This document shows positions 51,741 to 57,147 of a stretch of 57,147 nucleotides of DNA, one piece after another. The translations under genes were made by a program, and so were the position numbers. The stretch spans positions 1-57,147 of the forward strand of contig DATCXR010000040.1 of the NCBI GenBank assembly GCA_036565685.1, read 5' to 3'. The notes under the pieces are model-generated. The model was not told the origin of the DNA. It saw only the letters and a list, made by a program, of their open reading frames with translations, and ran no database searches. How positions within the stretch are numbered: position 1 is the first letter of the stretch; every line of letters begins with the position of its first letter. This stretch comes from Gemmatimonadaceae bacterium (GTDB taxonomy: Bacteria; Gemmatimonadota; Gemmatimonadetes; Gemmatimonadales; Gemmatimonadaceae).

Positions 51741-52894
51741 TCTCGCTGCCGCTTCTCGCGGCCATCCCCTGGCTGGCGGTGCCGCTGATCCTCGTCTGGC
51801 GGATGCGCGGCTCCCCGCAGCTGAGCGACGAGATCGCGCTCCGTAAGTCCGAGTCGCCGCTCGTCAGCGTGGTCATCCCCGCGCGCAACGAGGCGCGCAA
51901 CATAGCGCTGTGCATGCAGTCGGTGCTCCGCTCCCACTATCCCTCGGTGGAGGTCGTGGTGGTGGACGATCGCTCCACCGACGGTACCGGGATCATCGCC
52001 CGTGAGGTGTCGCGCAACGACAAGCGCGCACGGGTCATCGAAGCTCCCCCCCTCCCCGATGGCTGGCTCGGCAAGCAGTGGGCGTGCAGCCAGGGAGCCG
52101 CCGTGGCGCGCGGCGAGCTTCTCTGCTTCACCGACGCCGACACCATCCACGGGAGCGAGCTCCTCACGCGCTCGGTGGCGCTGCTGCGCAACCACAAGAT
52201 GGACTTCGTGACGGTGGCCGGCCGGCAGCGACTCGTTGGCTTCTGGGAGCGAGTGGTGCAGCCGCACATCTTCACGATGCTCGCGCTTCGCTACGGCGGC
52301 CCCGGCGCGGTGAATCGATCGGCGCGCGTGGAAGACAAGATCGCGAACGGCCAGTTCATGCTCTTCACTCGCGCGGCGTACGACGAGATCGGCGGTCACG
52401 AGGCGGTGCGCGGACGCGTGGCCGAGGATCTCGCGCTCGCGCAACTTCTCTTCGAGCGCGGGAAGCGCACCATGGTGGCTCTCGGGCTCAACCTTCTCTC
52501 CACTCGGATGTACGGGTCGCTCCGCGAGATCGTGCGCGGCTGGATGAAAAACATCTACGCCGGCGGCCTCGACGCTGTACCCTTCGGAGCCACGGGGCGC
52601 GCGCTCCTTCCGTTGGGACTCCTCATAGTCCCCTGTGCCATGCTGGCGCCTGTCGTGGTGCTCGTGCTCGCTGCCTTCGGCCTGGTATCGTCGGGGGCAC
52701 TGCTCTGGGCGACCGCGTGCACGGTGATCACGCTGGTATGGTGGGCGTTCAGCTACGTCATGGCGGCGCGCATTCCGCCGGGATATGCCTTCACCTTCCC
52801 GCTCGGCGCCGCCGTGGTGCTGTACATCATTCTCCGGGCCGTCTCACGCGGGATGCGGGTGGAGTGGAAGGGACGCGAGTACCAGCTGAAGTGA
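51737..52894 (+). CDS. family 2 glycosyltransferase with N- and C-terminal TM segments
   Basis: GTG 51737 (GTGA overlap with the symporter stop). ...VSVVIPARNEARNI...VEVVVVDDRSTDGT...DGWLGKQWA...FTDADT.... The track ORF start 51176 is an over-extension through the symporter gene. Confidence 0.85.
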   Translation: MISLPLLAAIPWLAVPLILVWRMRGSPQLSDEIALRKSESPLVSVVIPARNEARNIALCMQSVLRSHYPSVEVVVVDDRSTDGTGIIAREVSRNDKRARVIEAPPLPDGWLGKQWACSQGAAVARGELLCFTDADTIHGSELLTRSVALLRNHKMDFVTVAGRQRLVGFWERVVQPHIFTMLALRYGGPGAVNRSARVEDKIANGQFMLFTRAAYDEIGGHEAVRGRVAEDLALAQLLFERGKRTMVALGLNLLSTRMYGSLREIVRGWMKNIYAGGLDAVPFGATGRALLPLGLLIVPCAMLAPVVVLVLAAFGLVSSGALLWATACTVITLVWWAFSYVMAARIPPGYAFTFPLGAAVVLYIILRAVSRGMRVEWKGREYQLK

Positions 52895-53003
52895 TCTGCT
52901 CGAGGTGGCCTGCTCGATTCCGACGGGGGCGGAAACCTTTTCTGGGCAGGACTCGTCTTAAAAGATGAAGCCCTGACTGAGCTTCTTCCTCCGAGTGGGG
53001 CGC

Positions 53004-53047
53004 CCCCGGCAACCGAGAGAGCGGTTGTCCGGGGGTGTTCCTTTTTC
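53004..53047 (+). terminator. Rho-independent terminator after the GT2 gene
   Basis: CCCCGGCAACCG-agagag-CGGTTGTCCGGGGG followed by TGTTCCTTTTTCG. Confidence 0.65.
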
Positions 53048-53165
53048 GAGCGGCCGCCACCCCGAGCACTCGGTCCCGGCGCTATCCCACCTCGCCTGCA
53101 ACGCTTTGGTATTCCAGGCGTTGGAGCGGTGACGGAGCTCGGCAGTCGACGCGCTAACGTGGCGC

Positions 53166-56100
53166 ATGCGCTCGCTCGCCTCCGCCGCATCGCTCCTCGC
53201 CGCCGCCACGCCGGAACGCTTGCCGTCGCTGGCAGCCGCACTCGGCTTCGCCGCCGATCCGCTCCCGCTCGACCGCAAGGCGCGCGACGCACTCGGCCTT
53301 GCTGCAACGCCGATAGCGAGCGCCAGGATAGTCCCGGGCGAAGGGGCGCTGCGTGCGCTCCTCGTGGAAGTCGACTCCACCGCGCCCTTGCGCGAGAGCG
53401 TAGGCACCGTCGCCACTCGACTCGCGTCGCGCGCACCGCACCTTCTCTGGCTGCTCGTCGCGGCGCAGCGCGACGCAACCGGCCTCGCCCTCGCCGCGTG
53501 GAACGGCGATCGTAACCGTCCGCGCATCGCCGCGCTCCTGGTGGACCGCGAGCGCGTGGTACCGAGCGACGCCGAAACGCTCACGGCGCTCGCCGACATC
53601 CCGCACTCCACGGACACTCTCACGCACGCCTGCTGGCTCGAGGCGCTCGGGCGCGAATCGCTCACTCGCCGCTTCTACCGGGCGCTCGAACGCGTGGTAC
53701 GAGAGATAGCGCGTGCGGCTCGTGGAAGAGCCACCCCCGCCGAGCGCGCCGAGCTCGCTCTCCTCCACGTATCGCGACTCGTCTTCCTCTCCTTCCTCGA
53801 GAGCAAAGGTTGGCTGAACGACGATCACCGCTTTCTCGAGAATGCCTTCGAGCGCTGCATGGAAGCGGGCGGTGAGTTCCACAGACGAGTCCTGCTCCCC
53901 CTCTTCTTCGGGACGCTCAACACGCCGATCCTTCGCCGCTCGCGCGCTGCACGCGACTTCGGGCGGGTACCCTTTCTGAATGGCGGCCTCTTCGCGCGGA
54001 CGCCGCTCGAGCGAAGGAGAGCCGAACTGTACTTTCCGGATGATGCGCTGGGCGTGGTCTTCGACGAGCTCCTCACTCCATATCGCTTCACCGCGCGAGA
54101 GGAGAGCAGCGAGTGGAGCCAGGCGGCGATCGATCCGGAGATGCTCGGCCTCGCCTTCGAGTCGCTGATGCACGAGGGGGAGCGCCGCGCGAGCGGGGCG
54201 TTCTACACTCCACACACTCTGGTCGCGCGGGTCACGCGCTCCGCGCTGGTGGACGCACTTTCGGGCGGAGCGGTGTCGAGCGTTGAGGCGGAGAGCGCGC
54301 TCGCCGGCCAGCGCGTGGACGACGATGTCGTGCGCGCGCTGCGAGAGAGGTCGGCCGCGCTTCGCGTGCTGGACCCCGCCTGTGGGAGTGGCGCCTTCCT
54401 GGTGCACGCGCTCGAGGAGCTGTCCGCCCTGCGCGCGCGGCTCGGCGATCCGCGGCCCCCGGATGAGATCAGACGCGAGCTGCTCACCAGATCGATCTTC
54501 GGTGTGGACATCAACCCGATGGCGGTCTGGCTCTGCGAGCTGCGGCTCTGGCTCTCGGTGGTGATAGAGGGAGCGACGGACGATCCGCTCGCCGTGGCGC
54601 CGCTCCCCAACCTCGACCGGCACATCCGCGTGGGTGACTCGCTCTCGGGGGAGCTGTGGGACGAAGCGCGGCCGATCCGCGGAGGTGCGTGCCTCGCGCT
54701 CCTGCGTGAGCGCTACGCGCGTGCTACGGGCGGGCGCAAGCGAACCCTGAGACGCGCGCTCGACGCCGCCGAGCGGAGCGCGGCGGTAGCGCACCTGGAG
54801 TCGGAGCACCGGCGCTGTTCGGCGCGGAGGAGAGATCTCATCTCCGTTCTGCGCGGCCGCGATCTCTTCGGCCAGCGCGTGCGCGCGGGAGCGGTGGAGC
54901 GCCAGCGACTGGCGAGCGAGCGATCGAGGTCGCGCGAGCTCTGCGCCGCGCTGCGGAACGTCCGCGAGGGCGGAGCGCTCCCCTTCTCGTGGGTGGCGCA
55001 CTTCCCCGATATCGCGCGGCGCGGCGGCTTCGATGTGGTCGTCGCCAATCCACCCTGGGTGCGGCTGCACCGCATCCCGTCCTCGGCGCGCACCACGCTG
55101 CGCGAGCGCTATTCCGTTTTCCGTGGTGCCGCGTGGGAGCGCGGCGCCTCGCTGGCGCGCGCGGGCCCGGGCTTCGCCGCGCAGGTGGACATGGCCGCGC
55201 TCTTCACCGAGCGCTCGCTCGCCCTGCTGCGCGCGGGTGGGACGATGGCTCTTCTCCTTCCGGCGAAGCTCTGGGGATCATTGGCCGGCGGCGGTGTGCG
55301 CCGTCTGATCGGCGACCGGGCAAACGTGATGGCACTCGAAGACTGGTCCGAGTCGCCCGCGGCGTTCGACGCCGCGGTGTATCCGTCGCTGCTCGTGGCG
55401 CGCCGCGCGGTCCTGCCTGGAACGGAGCCGATGCGTCCCGCTCCATGCATCGCCGCGGCGGTGCACCGGGGCCACGATGCGCTTCGCTGGGAGATCCACC
55501 CCGCGCGACTCGCCCTCGACGATCCGGCGAGCCCGTGGCTCATCATCCCTCCAGCGGTGCGCGCGGCCTTCGACCGCCTGGCTCGGGCGGGAGAGCCGCT
55601 TGCGGAGAGTCCGTTCGGCCCGCCGCAGCTCGGGGTCAAGTGCGGCTGCAACGAGGCGTTCGTGCTACGGCGGAGCGATGTGAACGGAAGCGAAGAGCCG
55701 GTCGAGCGCTCGCTCCTCCGCCCGCTGCTGCGCGGCGAGAGCGTCGCGCCATGGAGCGCGGGGCGCGCGAGCGAGTGGCTCGTCTGGACGCACGACGGGA
55801 GCGGTGCCCCGCTGAAGTCGCTCCCTCCACGCGCGGCGCGCTGGCTCGGACGGTGGCGCGAACGGCTGGCCGCGCGCAGCGACCTTCGACCCGGCACGCA
55901 GTGGTGGTCGCTATTCCGGATCGGCGCGGCCGCGTCCTCTCGCGCGCGGGTGGTGTGGGCGGACATGGGACGATCGCCGCGCGCGCTCGTTCTGCACGCG
56001 GGAGACCGAACCGTTCCGCTCAATAGCTGCTACGTGCTCCCGTGCAGCGACCTTACCGACGCGCGCGCCATCGCGGCGCTCCTCAACTCCACCGTCGCCG

Positions 56101-56345
56101 CGGCGTGGCTCGGAGTGCTCGCCGAGCCGGCGCGCGGCGGGTACCGGCGCTACATGGCGTGGACGGTGTCCCTTCTTCCGCTCCCACGCGACTGGGCGAG
56201 TGCTCGCGCACTCCTGGCACCTCTCGCCGAACGAGCCGCGCTCGGTAAGCCGCCGGTCGTCGGCGAGCTCGATGCCGCCGTGCTACGCTCGTACCATGTG
56301 CGGCCCGCGGACGTAGCGCCCCTGCTTGCATGGCACGCGCGCTGA
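53166..56345 (+). CDS. large gamma-class N6-adenine DNA methyltransferase (Eco57I/PglX/DrmMI-like) with no recognisable nuclease domain
   Basis: 1059 aa. FLSFLESKGWL and PFLNGGLF helper motifs. Motif I VLDPACGSGAFL (54366-54401). Motif IV NPPW (55047-55058). TaqI_C-like tail GVKCGCNEAFVL. Confidence 0.9.
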   Translation: MRSLASAASLLAAATPERLPSLAAALGFAADPLPLDRKARDALGLAATPIASARIVPGEGALRALLVEVDSTAPLRESVGTVATRLASRAPHLLWLLVAAQRDATGLALAAWNGDRNRPRIAALLVDRERVVPSDAETLTALADIPHSTDTLTHACWLEALGRESLTRRFYRALERVVREIARAARGRATPAERAELALLHVSRLVFLSFLESKGWLNDDHRFLENAFERCMEAGGEFHRRVLLPLFFGTLNTPILRRSRAARDFGRVPFLNGGLFARTPLERRRAELYFPDDALGVVFDELLTPYRFTAREESSEWSQAAIDPEMLGLAFESLMHEGERRASGAFYTPHTLVARVTRSALVDALSGGAVSSVEAESALAGQRVDDDVVRALRERSAALRVLDPACGSGAFLVHALEELSALRARLGDPRPPDEIRRELLTRSIFGVDINPMAVWLCELRLWLSVVIEGATDDPLAVAPLPNLDRHIRVGDSLSGELWDEARPIRGGACLALLRERYARATGGRKRTLRRALDAAERSAAVAHLESEHRRCSARRRDLISVLRGRDLFGQRVRAGAVERQRLASERSRSRELCAALRNVREGGALPFSWVAHFPDIARRGGFDVVVANPPWVRLHRIPSSARTTLRERYSVFRGAAWERGASLARAGPGFAAQVDMAALFTERSLALLRAGGTMALLLPAKLWGSLAGGGVRRLIGDRANVMALEDWSESPAAFDAAVYPSLLVARRAVLPGTEPMRPAPCIAAAVHRGHDALRWEIHPARLALDDPASPWLIIPPAVRAAFDRLARAGEPLAESPFGPPQLGVKCGCNEAFVLRRSDVNGSEEPVERSLLRPLLRGESVAPWSAGRASEWLVWTHDGSGAPLKSLPPRAARWLGRWRERLAARSDLRPGTQWWSLFRIGAAASSRARVVWADMGRSPRALVLHAGDRTVPLNSCYVLPCSDLTDARAIAALLNSTVAAAWLGVLAEPARGGYRRYMAWTVSLLPLPRDWASARALLAPLAERAALGKPPVVGELDAAVLRSYHVRPADVAPLLAWHAR

Positions 56346-57147
56346 CGCTCGCCGATCCCGATGCGGTACGCGCTCTGATCGCGCGGCTCTGGCTCGGGGA
56401 GAGACACGAGTCCTCGGGCCACGGCGCGATAATTCTGCGTCCGCACCAGCGCTCGGCGCTCGAGCGACTGCGGCGCATGCTCCGCGAGCATGGTGGAGCT
56501 CTACTCGCTGACGACGTGGGGCTGGGAAAGACGTACGTCGCGGCCGCACTCGCGCGCGAGTACGACACGGTACTCGTGGTTGCGCCGGCCACGCTGCGCG
56601 GGATGTGGCTCGACGCACTGCATACCGCCGGCGCGCGAGGAAGCGTGGCGTCGTACGCGACACTCAGTCGCGGCGGCGGGCCGCGCGGGCACTTCGATCT
56701 CGTGATACTCGACGAGGCGCATCATGCTCGTACACCCGGAACGCGTCGTTACGCCCGCATCGCCGCACTCGCTGACGGCGCACATACCCTGATGTTATCG
56801 GCCACGCCGATCCACAATTCGCGCCTGGATCTGGCCGCGCTCCTCGCGCTATTTCTGGGCGCTCGCGCGCTCGCGCTAGATGACGACGCGCTCGCGAGGC
56901 ACGTAGTGCGTCGGGAGCGCGCGGACGTGCGATCGGAGCGCCTGCCGGAAACTGCGGCTCCCACGAACCTCGCGGTGGGAGACGACGAGGAGCTCCTGCG
57001 CGCGATCGTCGCGCTGCCGCCCCCACTCCCTCCGCGGGATGCCGGCGCGGGCGGAGCGCTGGTGGCGTGGGGGCTGGTAAGAGAGTGGGCGTCCAGCAAT
57101 GCCGCGCTGGAAGGCGCGCTGCGGCGCCGGCTGCTCCGCGCGGCGGC
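56330..57147 (+). CDS. SNF2-family helicase/ATPase, N-terminal part (runs off right edge)
   Basis: Absent from the ORF track. Hand translation from ATG 56330: MARALTLADPDAVRALIARLWLGERHESSGHGAIILRPHQRSALERLRRMLREHGGALLADDVGLGKTYVAAALA...DLVILDEAHHARTPGTRRY...LMLSATPIHNSRLDL.... This gives motifs I, II (DEAH) and III. Overlaps the methyltransferase stop by 16 nt. Confidence 0.85.
   Translation, partial: MARALTLADPDAVRALIARLWLGERHESSGHGAIILRPHQRSALERLRRMLREHGGALLADDVGLGKTYVAAALAREYDTVLVVAPATLRGMWLDALHTAGARGSVASYATLSRGGGPRGHFDLVILDEAHHARTPGTRRYARIAALADGAHTLMLSATPIHNSRLDLAALLALFLGARALALDDDALARHVVRRERADVRSERLPETAAPTNLAVGDDEELLRAIVALPPPLPPRDAGAGGALVAWGLVREWASSNAALEGALRRRLLRAA

Noticed and set aside
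53154-56023. 638-aa (53154..55070) and 304-aa (55109..56023) minus-strand ORFs, plus 54989..56026 on the plus strand
   Set aside because: They are antisense or in alternative frames to the methyltransferase ORF, which carries ordered MTase motifs. They have no motifs and an Arg/Ala/Pro-rich composition.
1-57147. Search for tRNA, rRNA, tmRNA, riboswitches, IS elements, integrases and prophage genes
   Set aside because: No cloverleaf-like or rRNA-like segment was recognised in the intergenic regions by eye, and no ORF showed transposase, integrase or phage structural motifs. An Infernal/tRNAscan run would be needed to exclude small RNAs formally.

Overview
High-G+C (by eye roughly two-thirds G+C) bacterial chromosomal segment with about 56 protein-coding genes. 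Gene content suggests Gemmatimonadota or Acidobacteriota (PadR + duplicated FtsX/ADOP permease pairs, BlaI/BlaR1 with plug-like sensor domains); this is inference only. I found no rRNA, tRNA, CRISPR array, transposase, integrase or prophage genes. Most of the window is housekeeping or accessory metabolism: an mntR-usp-mntH manganese operon, a DEAD-box helicase, a blaI-blaR1-like pair, DUF305 + beta-propeller, GH89 alpha-N-acetylglucosaminidase, family B DNA polymerase, stomatin + S1C protease, PadR + ADOP permease, ArsR + SRPBCC, a sugar ABC transporter (binding protein + 2 permeases), a Ser/Thr kinase, a caa3-type cytochrome c oxidase operon, Nudix, rhodanese, a DAACS symporter and a GT2 glycosyltransferase. 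High G+C generates many long spurious alternative-frame or antisense ORFs in the track; these are rejected below. Main points of interest: (1) At the right edge, a large nuclease-less PglX/DrmMI-like N6-adenine methyltransferase overlaps the start of an SNF2 helicase. This is a candidate DISARM/BREX-like defence locus that continues outside the window. (2) A lower-G+C three-gene block near the window centre encodes an HsdR_N-type PD-(D/E)xK protein, a CxxS redoxin lipoprotein and a Gly-rich/acidic multi-TM protein. (3) Three families of structured intergenic repeats occur. One is a giant hairpin built from heptanucleotide tandem repeats that exactly fills two convergent stop-to-stop gaps. A CCCCGCGAAAGCGGGG REP/BIME-like composite has one copy read in frame as the C-terminal tail of a solute-binding protein. 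GTTAGGC-N-GCCTAAC palindromes bracket the blaI/blaR1 module. Two CDSs that run off the window edges (mntR, SNF2 helicase) are absent from the ORF track and were translated by hand.
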